In this document: in pieces, positions 45,099 through 55,319 of the stretch | Layout: every line of letters starts with the position of its first letter | Numbering within the stretch: position 1 is the stretch's first letter | Assembly (NCBI GenBank): GCA_036336835.1 | Contig: JAYZFK010000088.1 | Span: forward strand, 28,002-92,001 | DNA: 64,000 nucleotides | Reading direction: 5' to 3' | From: Myxococcota bacterium | GTDB taxonomy: Bacteria > Myxococcota_A > UBA9160 > UBA4427 | Notes under the pieces: model-generated | What the model saw: only the letters and a program-made list of their open reading frames with translations | Told to the model about the DNA's origin: nothing | Database searches by the model: none | Translations under genes and position numbers: made by a program

Positions 45099-46277
45099 CT
45101 AGCCTCGCTGCTGCGCGGCCTCCAGCAGCCCGTCGAGACGCTCGACGGTCGCGATGAAATCGTCGATGAACTCGTAGACCAGCTCGGCGGAGCTCTTCAC
45201 TTCGTTCATTCGGCTCACGACCTGGCCGACCGGAATCCCGACCAACTCCTGTGCCTTGGCGTTCTCCTTGCGCGCGGCCAGACCGATGCGGGCCTGGGCC
45301 TCGGCACATGCCATGTACTGCAACGGCATGGGGAGGGCGCCGGGGCAGTCCTCGCGCTCCCAGGCTTCGGTCCAGGCGGTACGCAGCAGGCGCGCCGGCT
45401 TGCCCGACAACGAACGCGAGCGCACGGCGTCCTCCGAGCCCGCGGCCAGCAGCTTCTCCATCACCCTGCCACCCGTCATCTCGCTCTCCTCGACGGTGAG
45501 CCAGCAGGATCCGGTCCAGATTCCCTGGGCGCCGAGCGCCAGCGCGGCCGCGGCCTGCCGGCCACTCGCGATGCCGCCGGCCCCGAGCACCGGACTCGGT
45601 GCCACGGCATCGACGATGTCGGGGATCAGGACCATCGACCCGATCTCGCCGGTGTGGCCGCCAGCTTCGGTGCCCTGAGCGATGATGATGTCGACGCCCT
45701 GCTCCTTCTGCCGGAGAGCATGCTTCACCGCTCCAGTCAGTGCCGCCACCTTGATGTCCATGCTATGCGCCAGATCGATGATGTCCTTGGGCGGCGGTCC
45801 GAGCGCGTTGACCAGGAGCTTGACCGGAAACTTCAGCGCCACGTCGAGCTGATTGCGCGCGCCGCCGTCGGTCCAGCCGAGCAGGCCCTGGTTGCCGCCG
45901 CCGCCTTGCGGCCGCTGCTCGGGCAGGGGTGGGACCTCGAACTCTTCGAGCACGGTCTCGATCCAGTTGGTGACCTCATCGGGGATCAGCTTCTTGAACG
46001 CGCCGGCGTCGACCTTGCCCGTCTCCTCGGTCCGGCCGAGTCCCTCATCCTTGCCCGCGTAGTTGGCCGGCATCACGATGTCCACGCCGTAGGGCTTGCC
46101 GCCGACGTGCTCGTCGATCCACGCGAGTTCGATCTCGAGCTGCTCGGGCGAGAAGGCGAGGGCGCCGAGCACACCCATGCCACCCGCGTTGGTCACGGCG
46201 GCCACCACGTCACGGCAGTGGCTGAATGCGAAGATGGGTACGTCGATGCCGAACAGGTCGCAGAGCTCAGTACGCAT
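45099..46277 (-). CDS. Nitronate monooxygenase/FabK-like FMN oxidoreductase
   Basis: PIFAFSHC, AQGTEAGGHTG, AGGIASG, GAQGIWTGS. Confidence 0.9.
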   Translation of the reverse strand: MRTELCDLFGIDVPIFAFSHCRDVVAAVTNAGGMGVLGALAFSPEQLEIELAWIDEHVGGKPYGVDIVMPANYAGKDEGLGRTEETGKVDAGAFKKLIPDEVTNWIETVLEEFEVPPLPEQRPQGGGGNQGLLGWTDGGARNQLDVALKFPVKLLVNALGPPPKDIIDLAHSMDIKVAALTGAVKHALRQKEQGVDIIIAQGTEAGGHTGEIGSMVLIPDIVDAVAPSPVLGAGGIASGRQAAAALALGAQGIWTGSCWLTVEESEMTGGRVMEKLLAAGSEDAVRSRSLSGKPARLLRTAWTEAWEREDCPGALPMPLQYMACAEAQARIGLAARKENAKAQELVGIPVGQVVSRMNEVKSSAELVYEFIDDFIATVERLDGLLEAAQQRG

Positions 46278-46427
46278 GGCTCCTCCGGCCCCGCAGTCTG
46301 GTTCGTGACGCTGCCTTCGTCCAGGGATTTCGCTCCGGCCGACCCCTGCGGTCGGCCGGACTGCTGCACTACAGTCCGGGCCGAGGTCCCGCAGGCGAAT
46401 CTCCGAGGGACAGAAGAGGTCGACGCA

Positions 46428-47678
46428 ATGCCGATGAACGTGCAAGCGATAGCCAGCCTGCCCGACAAGATCAATCAGATCCGACTCCAGACTGCCGGCA
46501 TCATCAACAAGGAGATCCTCCCCAACGAGAACCGGCTGTGGCGCTGGCGGCGCGATGGTGGAGTCTCGGACGAGCAGAAGGCCGAGTCCCGTGCGCTGCG
46601 CCAGCAGATTCAGCAAAGCGTCAAGCAGGCGGGGCTCTGGGCGCCGCACCTGCCCGAGGAATACGGAGGCTGCGGCCTCACGTTTCTCGAGCACGCGTAC
46701 ATGAACGAGGTCCTCGCCTATGCGATCGGTGCGGCGTCACTCTTCGGAGTGGTCGCACCCAACTCGGGCAACCAGAAGATTTTGCTGAAGTACGGCACCC
46801 CGGAGCAGCGCGAGAAGTGGCTGGTGCCGTTGACCGAGGGCACCATGCAATCCGGGTTCTCGATGACCGAGCCGGACAACGCGGGATCCGACCCGCGTTC
46901 GATCAAGACGACGGCCAGGCGAGAAGGCAACGAGTGGGTGATCAACGGCCACAAGTGGTTCACGTCGAACGCAATGGCCGCTGATTTCCTGATCGTGATG
47001 TGTCGCACCGAGGATCCGGATGCGTCGGGCGACCGCAATGACAAGATGACGCAGATCATCGTTCCCACCGATACCCCGGGCGTCAACATCGTCCGCGGCA
47101 TCGAGGTCTGGGGCCGGTCGAGCGACCATGCCGAGATCATCTACGAAGACGTGCGCGTGCCACTCGAAAACCAGCTCGGGCAGACGGGCTCCGGGCACCG
47201 GGCTGCGCAGGATCGACTCGGCGCTGGCCGCGTCTATCACTGCATGAACTCCGTTGGGCAGATGTGGCGCGCCTTCGACATGATGGTCGAGCGTGCGACG
47301 ACGCGGGAGGTCCACGGCGGTCTGCTCCAGGACAAGCAGTTCATCCAGGGATTCATCGCGGAGTCGTACGTCGACATCCAGACCTCGCGCCTGATGACGA
47401 TTCACTGCGCCGAGCAGATGGAGAGCGGTGCCGACGCGCGCACCGAGATCTCCGCACTCAAGCTCTACGTCCCGCTGGCGTATTCGCGCGTCGTCGACCG
47501 GGCGATCCAAGTATGGGGCGCGGCAGGTGTCACCGGAGACCTGCCGCTGGCCGGCATGTACCAGGGAGCCCGCACACTGCGACTCGCCGACGGTCCGGAC
47601 GAGGTGCACAAGATCCTGATCGCCAAGAACGTGCTGAAGCAGTACCGCGCGGGCGGATCCTGGGACTTCGGCAACTGA
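46428..47678 (+). CDS. Acyl-CoA dehydrogenase, ACAD10/11-LvaC-FadE2-like subfamily
   Basis: APNSGNQ.IL, FSMTEP, INGHKWF, AQDRLGAGRVYHCM, RAIQVWG, LRLADGPDEVH. Confidence 0.92.
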   Translation: MPMNVQAIASLPDKINQIRLQTAGIINKEILPNENRLWRWRRDGGVSDEQKAESRALRQQIQQSVKQAGLWAPHLPEEYGGCGLTFLEHAYMNEVLAYAIGAASLFGVVAPNSGNQKILLKYGTPEQREKWLVPLTEGTMQSGFSMTEPDNAGSDPRSIKTTARREGNEWVINGHKWFTSNAMAADFLIVMCRTEDPDASGDRNDKMTQIIVPTDTPGVNIVRGIEVWGRSSDHAEIIYEDVRVPLENQLGQTGSGHRAAQDRLGAGRVYHCMNSVGQMWRAFDMMVERATTREVHGGLLQDKQFIQGFIAESYVDIQTSRLMTIHCAEQMESGADARTEISALKLYVPLAYSRVVDRAIQVWGAAGVTGDLPLAGMYQGARTLRLADGPDEVHKILIAKNVLKQYRAGGSWDFGN

Positions 47679-47702
47679 GCGCCCGGAGCGCGGCTCGTCG
47701 CG

Positions 47703-48635
47703 CTAGGGGCCCGCGGCCGCGCTCCGTGCCGTGACCGTCATGGTTGCGCGCGGACGGTCCCGACCGAGCAGACGTTCCGCGGAGGCCAGCAGCGTGTAGC
47801 CCACTGCAGCCAGTGCGCTGGCGGCGGCGTGGCGGACGGCCGGAAGTGGCCGGCGCTCTCGGATCGCGCGCCGCAGACTCGACGGGGCTCCGGTCGCGCG
47901 GATCTCGTAGCCGAGCTCGATCGGCTCGAAGAACGTGTCGAGTGTCTGGAAGCCGACGCGATCGAACAGCCGCGCGAGGCTCGAGAGACTGAACTGGTGC
48001 AGGTGGTCGGGCGGTGTCGCGTGCGACCAGGGAACGCCGAACACCCGACCGAAGATCCAGGTGGCCCGCGGGAAGAACGCAGCGTGGTTCGGCGTGGACA
48101 GGATCAACAGCCCATCGGGCCGCAGCACGCGGCGCACCTCGGTGAGCAGCTCGAAGACGTCGGGGACGTGTTCGATCAGGTCGCCGAGGTGGACGATGTC
48201 GAACGTCGCGTTCTCGAATCCGGCCTGCTCGAGCTCTCCCTCCACGACTTCGAACCCGAGCTCGCGCGCGATCGCAGCGGTATCCGGGTTCGTTTCGACG
48301 CCGACCGGGTCGAATCCGGCATCGCGCGCCGTTCGCAGCATCTGTCCGAAGGAGCAGCCGACGTCGAGCAGACGACCGCTGCTGCGCCGCGAGCAGAGTC
48401 GCTCGACTCGCTCGACGAACTTCGGTGGGACCGCCGCGTGCGCGACCTCGTCGGCGCCGACCATGTAGCCGCTCTCGAACGAGTAGAGCCGGGCGAGCGC
48501 AGCGCGGTCGGGCACGGGGTGCACGAAGATGTGAGTGCAGTCCGCGCAGCGGTACAGCACGCAGTCGTTCTTCTCGAGCAGCCAGCTCGCGCCGGTCGAG
48601 GACTCGCAAGTGGGGCAGTCGACGGGTCGGTCCAT
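47703..48635 (-). CDS. Class I SAM methyltransferase with N-terminal Zn ribbon
   Basis: CPTC...CADC, LLDVGCSFG, DLIEHVPD, LSTPN, PDHLHQF. Confidence 0.88.
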   Translation of the reverse strand: MDRPVDCPTCESSTGASWLLEKNDCVLYRCADCTHIFVHPVPDRAALARLYSFESGYMVGADEVAHAAVPPKFVERVERLCSRRSSGRLLDVGCSFGQMLRTARDAGFDPVGVETNPDTAAIARELGFEVVEGELEQAGFENATFDIVHLGDLIEHVPDVFELLTEVRRVLRPDGLLILSTPNHAAFFPRATWIFGRVFGVPWSHATPPDHLHQFSLSSLARLFDRVGFQTLDTFFEPIELGYEIRATGAPSSLRRAIRERRPLPAVRHAAASALAAVGYTLLASAERLLGRDRPRATMTVTARSAAAGP

Positions 48636-48662
48636 GTCTCGCCTGGGGAAGGGGGTCGTACG

Positions 48663-49547
48663 CTACCGCAAGGGTCCTCTGGGGTCGCCCGGGATGTCCC
48701 GGTCGGTCCAGGCGATCGGGATGCCGCAGGTGTCTGCGGGGTGCGTGAGGAACTCGCCGTCCGTTGGCTCGCCGCGCAGCCGGCGCACCCCTTCGCGCTC
48801 CAGCGTGTCGGCCGCGGCGCGCAGATCGCGCACTCGCAGGGCCATCACGTGCAGGCGCGGCCGGTGCACGTCGAGCCCCCAGAGCTCGCGGGTCTGCCCC
48901 GGGTCCTCCGGAAGGCCGTAGAGCACGAGCGCGCCGTCCGCGATCGACAGGGCCGCGGCGGGCTCCGTTCCATCTGCGCCGGCGCGCTCCCACAGCACCG
49001 GCGCCGGCCAGAGCTCCTGGAGCCGGTCGAGCGCAGCCTTGGGATCGGCAACCAGTGCCCCCCAGTAGGCGATGCGGGGGACGTCGATCAGCGCCTCGGT
49101 CGGGGGTGGTGGCAGTGGCGCGCCGAAGCGCGGGTCGAACTCGAAGTGTTTGTCCGCCCACTCCAGATACACCGAGCAGGTGTGCTGGGGCTTGGTGAAG
49201 ATGAAGCCGCGCTGGGTCTCGCCGACGATGCCGGCACCGCGATCGCCGAGCCATGCGGCTGCCTCCGTCAGGTCCTCCACCTGCAGGGCCAGCGCGTAGA
49301 GCCCGGGTCCGTAACGGCTCAGGAACCGACCGGGCGCACCGTCCGGGTCGTTCGGCTCCATCAGCTCCAGGCCGTTGTCGCCGATCCAGGTCACTCCGCC
49401 CTTGCGCGCCACGAGCGGATCGGAGTTGTCGGTGTACTCCAGGGCGCGGCAACCACAGAAGCGACCCAGCCAGGCGAGTGCTGCGTCGTAGGAGTGCACC
49501 GCGGCGGTACCGTGAAAGGTCCAGCGCACGCGCGGAGGGGTGGGCAT
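48663..49547 (-). CDS. Two-domain VOC/glyoxalase (methylmalonyl-CoA epimerase-like) protein
   Basis: FHGTAAV, LELMEP, RFLSRYGPGLYALAL.V, LHVMALRVRDL, THPADTCG. Confidence 0.8.
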   Translation of the reverse strand: MPTPPRVRWTFHGTAAVHSYDAALAWLGRFCGCRALEYTDNSDPLVARKGGVTWIGDNGLELMEPNDPDGAPGRFLSRYGPGLYALALQVEDLTEAAAWLGDRGAGIVGETQRGFIFTKPQHTCSVYLEWADKHFEFDPRFGAPLPPPPTEALIDVPRIAYWGALVADPKAALDRLQELWPAPVLWERAGADGTEPAAALSIADGALVLYGLPEDPGQTRELWGLDVHRPRLHVMALRVRDLRAAADTLEREGVRRLRGEPTDGEFLTHPADTCGIPIAWTDRDIPGDPRGPLR

Positions 49548-49550
49548 CGG

Positions 49551-50453
49551 TCAGCCTCCTAGCGATCCCCGCGATGAGAGCCCCCAGTGTGTGGGTCCGT
49601 AGGGGTCGGGGAGAGATCGGCCGTCGAGCAGACCCACGTCGATCGCGAAGCTCGGCGCATCGATGTTGCGGCCCGAGAACGCCATCGGTGTCGGGTGTGA
49701 GGCCAGGTAGGCACAGACCGAGCCCGGCACGTCGACGTGGAGGGCACTGCCCGCGTCGAACCCGAACTCCTTCAGGTCCTGCGCCATGCGCTCGGTGCCG
49801 ACGAAGCCCGGCTCCAGGTTGATGACGGCGATGCCGTACTGCTTGAGCTCCTTGCCGAGCCCCGCCGCCAGGCGGTTGAACGCCGCCTTGCTGATCGAGT
49901 ACCCGAGCCCCCAGCCGCCGTCACCTGGCAGGGCCGGACTCTCGTTGCTTCCGGCGCTCGACGTGATGTGGACGAAGACGCCGCCACCCTGCGCGTGCAT
50001 GTGGGGCAGGGCCAGCTTCACCAGTTGCAGTGGCGCCAGCACGTTGCACGCGAAGTGGTCCTGGTACACCCCGATCGGAGTGTCGACGAACAGGTCCATG
50101 TGGCCCGGGCCGATGTAGCGCGCATTGTTGACGACCACGTCGAGGCGTCCGAACTCGCCGACCGCCGCCTCGACCGCGCGCTCGAGGTCCGCGGCGACGA
50201 GCAGGTCGAGCTTGGCGACCAGGGCTCGCCGGCCCAGCGCACGGACCTCGCCCGCGGTCGTCTCGAGGCTGCCGGGCAGCGGGCTGGTGTCGGACTTCCG
50301 GACCGTCGAGGAGTGTTCGAGCGGCGTGCCCTCCACGACGGTCCGGGCGCACAGCACCAGGTCGAAGCCGGCCTTTGCCAGCGCGAGCGCGCAGCCCCGC
50401 CCGATGCCCCGGCTGGCTCCGGTGACCAGGGCCACTCTGGAAGAATCGACCAT
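49551..50453 (-). CDS. SDR oxidoreductase
   Basis: SD AGGAGG; TGASRGIG, VNNA, YSISK, EPGFV.TE. Confidence 0.92.
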   Translation of the reverse strand: MVDSSRVALVTGASRGIGRGCALALAKAGFDLVLCARTVVEGTPLEHSSTVRKSDTSPLPGSLETTAGEVRALGRRALVAKLDLLVAADLERAVEAAVGEFGRLDVVVNNARYIGPGHMDLFVDTPIGVYQDHFACNVLAPLQLVKLALPHMHAQGGGVFVHITSSAGSNESPALPGDGGWGLGYSISKAAFNRLAAGLGKELKQYGIAVINLEPGFVGTERMAQDLKEFGFDAGSALHVDVPGSVCAYLASHPTPMAFSGRNIDAPSFAIDVGLLDGRSLPDPYGPTHWGLSSRGSLGG

Positions 50454-50596
50454 TGGTTGCCTCCTGTCGCAGCGCGTGTCGTACGATCTTAGACCCACGG
50501 GCTGCGGCCGCGGGGGAAGACCTCGGCGCGGGCAGCGTAATCTCCGCCTGTCCGTTGGCACTGGGTAGACTCGCCGGCTGTAGTGAGGAGCGAAGC

Positions 50597-51400
50597 ATGA
50601 CCGAGGCCGGAGAGGTTCTCTACGAGAAGGACGGCCCCGTCGCGACCATCACGCTCAACCGGCCCGAGCGGCGCAACGGTCTCACCCAGTCGGTACTCGG
50701 GGCGGTCGAGCGGTTTGCGCTCGAGGCCGAGGAGGACGACGACGTCCGCGTCGTGATCGTGACGGGTGCGGGCGAGCACTTCTCGGTGGGCATGGACCGC
50801 TCGAGCAGCGACGACCGCAGCCCCCGAACGCGCTTCCCCGAGGCGGCCTGGCGCAACTGGACCGTCGGACACCTGCTGCAGATGGCCAAGCCCTCGATCG
50901 CGGCCATCGACGGCACTGCCGCCGGCGGTGGCCTGGCCTTTGCGCTCGAGTGCGATATTCGCATTGCGTCGGACCGCGCGCGTTTCTCGACCTCGTACCT
51001 GAGAACGGGCCTGCCGGTGGTCGACGGTCTCGCCGTGCTTCTGCCTGCAGCCATCGGGACGTCGCGCTCGCTCGAACTGCTGTACACGAGCCGCGTGATC
51101 GATGCGCAGGAGGCTGCGCGCCTCGGGTTGGTGAGCCGAGTGGTGCCCGCGGCACAGCTCGGCGACAGCGTCCGCGAGCTGGCCGACGAGATCGCCGCCG
51201 GGCCGCCGATCGCCCAGCGCGTCACGAAGCACCTGGTGACGACGGCGCTGCGCCAGGCCTACGAGGGGCATCTCCCGTACCAGCTCTATGCGATGCACGT
51301 AAACCGCAGCATGGGACGCCACGATCTCGAAGAGGGGCTCAACGCCTTCCGCGAGAAGCGCAAGCCGCTCTTCAGGGGTCTCTTGCGTCGCAAGCGTTAG
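50597..51400 (+). CDS. Enoyl-CoA hydratase/isomerase family protein
   Basis: TLNRPERRN, IVTGAG..FSVG.D, AAIDG.AAGGG, CDIRIA, AFREKR.P.F. Confidence 0.92.
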   Translation: MTEAGEVLYEKDGPVATITLNRPERRNGLTQSVLGAVERFALEAEEDDDVRVVIVTGAGEHFSVGMDRSSSDDRSPRTRFPEAAWRNWTVGHLLQMAKPSIAAIDGTAAGGGLAFALECDIRIASDRARFSTSYLRTGLPVVDGLAVLLPAAIGTSRSLELLYTSRVIDAQEAARLGLVSRVVPAAQLGDSVRELADEIAAGPPIAQRVTKHLVTTALRQAYEGHLPYQLYAMHVNRSMGRHDLEEGLNAFREKRKPLFRGLLRRKR

Positions 51401-51413
51401 CAGGCCGTCGTCG

Positions 51414-53042
51414 ATGAGTAGACTGGATCTTGCCGCGCACGGGTTGATCGCGGCGCCGCGCCGGTCCCGGATCCCCGGCGACGCAGCGGGCTCGGTCGCA
51501 GACGTGCTCGACCGCGCCGTGCGCGAGGCGCCGGAGTTCACGGCGCTGGTCGGCCGGCACGCTCGCTACAGCTACGCGGAGCTCGATCGCCAGAGCAATC
51601 GCGCGGCCCACGCGCTGCTCGCCGCGGGTCTGCGCGAGGGCGATCGCATCGCGATGTCACTCGAGAATCAGACCGAGATCGTGGTGGCGTTCCTCGGGGC
51701 CATGCGCATTGGTGCAATCTGGGCGGGCATCAACCGCAACCTGGCGGGCCCTGAGAAGCAGTTCATCCTGCACGACGCCGGCGTGCGTCTGTTCCTCGGA
51801 GACGCCGCGGCGTGCCAACAGCTGTCGAGCCGCCGCAGTGAGCTGCCCTCGCTCGCGCGCGTGATCGAGGTGCGTCCCGGCGAGGCGAGCTGCGGCTTCC
51901 GGGAGCTGCTGGCCTCGGCCGCCGACGAGACGCGGCCCGCGCTGGACGTCGACCCCAGCGCACCCGCCGCCATTGCCTACACGAGCGGCACCACCGGGGT
52001 GCCCAAGGGTGCCGTGCACAGCCAGCACAACCTGCTGCTGCCGGGTGCCATCGCGGCCTACAAGGGGCGGGCGACCTCCGCGACGACGGTCGGCGTGTGT
52101 CTGCCGCTGACGGTGCTGAATCTGATGGTGCTCGGGCCGGTGCTGTCGGCGCAGGTCGGGTGCAAATGCGTGCTGATGGATCGACTCGACGCGGTCGGAA
52201 TCGCTGCATGGATTCGCGACGAGCGCATCGTCTCCTTCGCCAGTGTCCCGACCACCTTCCACGACCTGCTCACCCATCCCGACGTCGCGCCCGGCGACCT
52301 CGAGTCGCTGACCCAACCGGGGGTGGGCGGCGCCAACTGTCCGGAGGAGTTCAAGCAGCTCTACCGGAAGCGCTTCGGCATCGAGGTGCAGGAGGGCTAC
52401 GGACTTACCGAGGCACCCACCTCCGTCAGCCACACCGATCCGCAGCGGCCGCGGATCCCCGGAAGCGTCGGCAAGCCGCATCCGCACCAGGTGCTTCGCA
52501 TCGAGGACGAGTCGGGCACGCTGCTGCCGCCCCGCGAGGTGGGCGAGGTGTGCGTCGGACCCACGACTGAAGGCCCCTGGGCCGGCGTGTATACGCCGAT
52601 GCTGGGCTACTGGAATCGCGCCGAGGCCAGCGCCGAGGCGCTGCGCGGCGGTTGGCTTCACACGGGCGACCTCGGCTACCTCGACGAGGAGGGCAATCTG
52701 TACATCTCGGACCGCAAGGCCGACATGATCCTGCGCGGCGGCGCGAACGTGTACAGCGCTGAGGTCGAGCGGGTGCTCCACGAGGATCCGCGCGTCGCCG
52801 AGTGCGCCGTGATCGGTACGCCCGACGAGCGCCTCGGCGAACGGGTCGCGGCAGTGATCCAGCTCGAGGCCGGCGCGCGAGGCGAGCAGAGTGTGCTCGA
52901 AGCCGAGCTCATGGCGCACTGTCGAGACCGGCTGGCCCGCTACAAGTGCCCGGAGCAGATCTGCTTCGTGGACGCGTTCCCGCGCAACGCGATGAACAAG
53001 ATCGTGAAGCGCGAGCTTGCGGCGTTGCTCGGTCTCGCCTAG
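51414..53042 (+). CDS. Acyl-CoA synthetase (AMP-forming)
   Basis: YTSGTTGVPKG, GYGLTE, WLHTGDLG, DRKADMILRGG.NVY, PRNAMNK. Confidence 0.95.
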   Translation: MSRLDLAAHGLIAAPRRSRIPGDAAGSVADVLDRAVREAPEFTALVGRHARYSYAELDRQSNRAAHALLAAGLREGDRIAMSLENQTEIVVAFLGAMRIGAIWAGINRNLAGPEKQFILHDAGVRLFLGDAAACQQLSSRRSELPSLARVIEVRPGEASCGFRELLASAADETRPALDVDPSAPAAIAYTSGTTGVPKGAVHSQHNLLLPGAIAAYKGRATSATTVGVCLPLTVLNLMVLGPVLSAQVGCKCVLMDRLDAVGIAAWIRDERIVSFASVPTTFHDLLTHPDVAPGDLESLTQPGVGGANCPEEFKQLYRKRFGIEVQEGYGLTEAPTSVSHTDPQRPRIPGSVGKPHPHQVLRIEDESGTLLPPREVGEVCVGPTTEGPWAGVYTPMLGYWNRAEASAEALRGGWLHTGDLGYLDEEGNLYISDRKADMILRGGANVYSAEVERVLHEDPRVAECAVIGTPDERLGERVAAVIQLEAGARGEQSVLEAELMAHCRDRLARYKCPEQICFVDAFPRNAMNKIVKRELAALLGLA

Positions 53043-53986
53043 CGATCGCGCTCGCGGCGAAACATCAGCCAGGACTGGATCGGCCAGGCGTCCTGATCCT
53101 CTCCCCACGCTTCGATCCCGTTGATCGTCCAGCGCACCAGGCTCGTCCACACCACCCCGTGGACTCCCGGGATCTTCATCGCCATGCGGCTCAGGCTCTC
53201 TCCCTGCGCTTCGAGTCGGCGGCCCTGGGTGTCGCTCGCCTCCACGAAGATGCGCGTCATGTAGCCGTGCTCGGGGTCGCGTTCGAGACGACGCGTACCC
53301 GCGGCGAGATCGGCTCGCACGCCGTCGAGGACGAGATAACCCCGCCGCAGCGCATCCCAGCCCGCGAACAGGAACGCCGTGTCGGCCGAGGCCGCTGCGT
53401 TCGTGTAGCCGACCGGCTCGGTCCTCCAGCGCTCCGGGCGCCGGGCCCAGGTGCGGTCGCGGATGGCGAGACAGTCGACGGCAAGGGCTTCGCCCGATAG
53501 CACCAGCTCACCGGTGACGCGCCCGACCTGATCGAAGTGGTGGGCCCTGCGCTCACGCGGCGGGTGCGACCCGGTCTCGGCGGATACCCACGGCGCCATG
53601 ATGGCGTCGAACTCGAGATCGAGCTGGATCCAGTCGCGGTCTTCGTGGCGGAGGCGGTAGCGCTTCAGCGGCTCCAGCATCTCTACGCGGGTGCCACTCG
53701 GAAAACGGAAGTTGCGCAGGTCGCGCTCATCGGGCAACCGGAGGTTCGAGTAGTTGGCGTAGTAGGGTGCGTCGAGAATCGAGTACGAGCGCTCGTCCCA
53801 GACCCAGCAGCCGCCACCCGCGACGCCGATGCTGGGTCGCACGTAGTTGTACAGCCAGCCGCCGAGCTTTCGCTCGGGAACGAAGAACCAGTACCAGCAG
53901 GTCTCGTGCCACCACCAGTCGTCGTCGGGACAGGGGTGAAAGTCGTCGTCCTCGGGTCCGACCAGGTGCTCGTCGCCGACGCCCAC
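53039..53986 (-). CDS. Hypothetical beta-rich (hydratase/lipocalin-like) protein of the kind often paired with APH-like kinases
   Basis: SD GAAGGAG; DDDFHP..WWHETCWYWF, HFDQVGRVTG.L, IRDRTW..R, WGEDQD.W. Confidence 0.7.
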   Translation of the reverse strand: MGVGDEHLVGPEDDDFHPCPDDDWWWHETCWYWFFVPERKLGGWLYNYVRPSIGVAGGGCWVWDERSYSILDAPYYANYSNLRLPDERDLRNFRFPSGTRVEMLEPLKRYRLRHEDRDWIQLDLEFDAIMAPWVSAETGSHPPRERRAHHFDQVGRVTGELVLSGEALAVDCLAIRDRTWARRPERWRTEPVGYTNAAASADTAFLFAGWDALRRGYLVLDGVRADLAAGTRRLERDPEHGYMTRIFVEASDTQGRRLEAQGESLSRMAMKIPGVHGVVWTSLVRWTINGIEAWGEDQDAWPIQSWLMFRRERDR

Positions 53987-54005
53987 GCGGCTTCTCCTTC
54001 CTCGC

Positions 54006-55319
54006 TCAGCGATCGTGCAGGCCGGCCCAGAGCGCACCCGACCGCTGGGTGCGTCGCAGCAGATAGCGGAGCACTTGATCGTCGCCCGTTGCGCCCGCAT
54101 CGGAGGCGACCGCCAGCAGCTCGCGGCCGCCGAGTTCGCTGCCGAGCGATGCCCGACAGTCTGCGCGATCGAGCGCGGCGAGTTCCGGGCCGAGCTGGTC
54201 GTGTGCGCGCAGGTAGTGGAGCACGATCCGGCTGTTGCGTGTGGCGGCTCGCAGCTCGGCGTCTGCGATGCCCTTCGCGCCTGCGCGGATCGCGCCCTCC
54301 AGCCAGTCGAACCAGGCCGTGCGCTCGTTTGCATCCGCCCGGGGCAGCTCGACCGGCGGCTCGCGAATGTCCGCGCAGCGCGCCAGCTCGCGGCCGACGT
54401 CGACCAGGAAACGCTGTCTGGCGGGGAGATACGGCGGGAGTCCGAGCGCCCCGCCGCCGCGGCTGACGGCCAGCGAGGTCGTGACCGCGCAGCGATAGCG
54501 CACGGCCACGGCGTAGAAGCTGATGCTGTCCTCGTCGATCTCGATCCCGCTTCGCGAGCTGTAACGCTGGTGGAGCCGTGCCCGGTCGAGCCCGATGCGG
54601 TTGCGGTAGTCGAGCCACGCCAGATCGTCCATCGGATCGCCGACGTGGGCGAGCTCCCAGTCGACGATCCCCGTGACCTCGCCTTGTTGGAACACGAAGT
54701 TCCCCGGCCCGGTGTCTCCCTGCACCAGCACGGTACGCGCGACCTCGCTGGGTGAATGCGCGCGCAGCCAGGCAGCGGCGTAGCCGAGGAGCGGATCGAG
54801 CGATGCGACGTACTGCTCGGTCAGGCTCGCCCACGTCTCGAGATCGAGACGCGCGTGGTCTTCGGGACACCGGGGCTTGCACAGCTGCTCGAGCGGGAGT
54901 GCGTCGACGTCGAGCGTGTGGAGCACAGCCAGCGCGTCGATGAAGCTCAGCATCGTGGCATCGCGCTCGGCCTCATCGAGCACCGCCAGATCGCTGGTCC
55001 CCGGGACGCGTTCCATCAGCAACGCGGCGCCCTCGGGTGCCAGCCCCACCACCCGAGGCACGGGCACCGGCGTCGTCTCGAGGGCGCGGTAGATCGCGGC
55101 CTCCTTCGCGGGACAGAAGTCCGTGTCGCTGAACGAGCTGCCCGCCTCGCAGCGCAGCACCATGAGGCGCGGCTCAGCGCGCGGCGTCTCGACCTCGACG
55201 AAGTACTGCTCGCGGGAGGCACCCTGCGCGGAACGCACCACCGACGCGAGCGTTCCGCCCGCGGTGGCCTCGAGCCAGCTTCGAATTCCGTCGTTCACTC
55301 GGCTCGTCTCATGGATCAC
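54006..55319 (-). CDS. APH-like phosphotransferase with C-terminal helical extension
   Basis: GASRE, KEAAIY, PVPRV, LVQGDTGPGNF, VDWELAHVGDPMDDLAW. Start could be a few codons downstream. Confidence 0.88.
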   Translation of the reverse strand: MIHETSRVNDGIRSWLEATAGGTLASVVRSAQGASREQYFVEVETPRAEPRLMVLRCEAGSSFSDTDFCPAKEAAIYRALETTPVPVPRVVGLAPEGAALLMERVPGTSDLAVLDEAERDATMLSFIDALAVLHTLDVDALPLEQLCKPRCPEDHARLDLETWASLTEQYVASLDPLLGYAAAWLRAHSPSEVARTVLVQGDTGPGNFVFQQGEVTGIVDWELAHVGDPMDDLAWLDYRNRIGLDRARLHQRYSSRSGIEIDEDSISFYAVAVRYRCAVTTSLAVSRGGGALGLPPYLPARQRFLVDVGRELARCADIREPPVELPRADANERTAWFDWLEGAIRAGAKGIADAELRAATRNSRIVLHYLRAHDQLGPELAALDRADCRASLGSELGGRELLAVASDAGATGDDQVLRYLLRRTQRSGALWAGLHDR

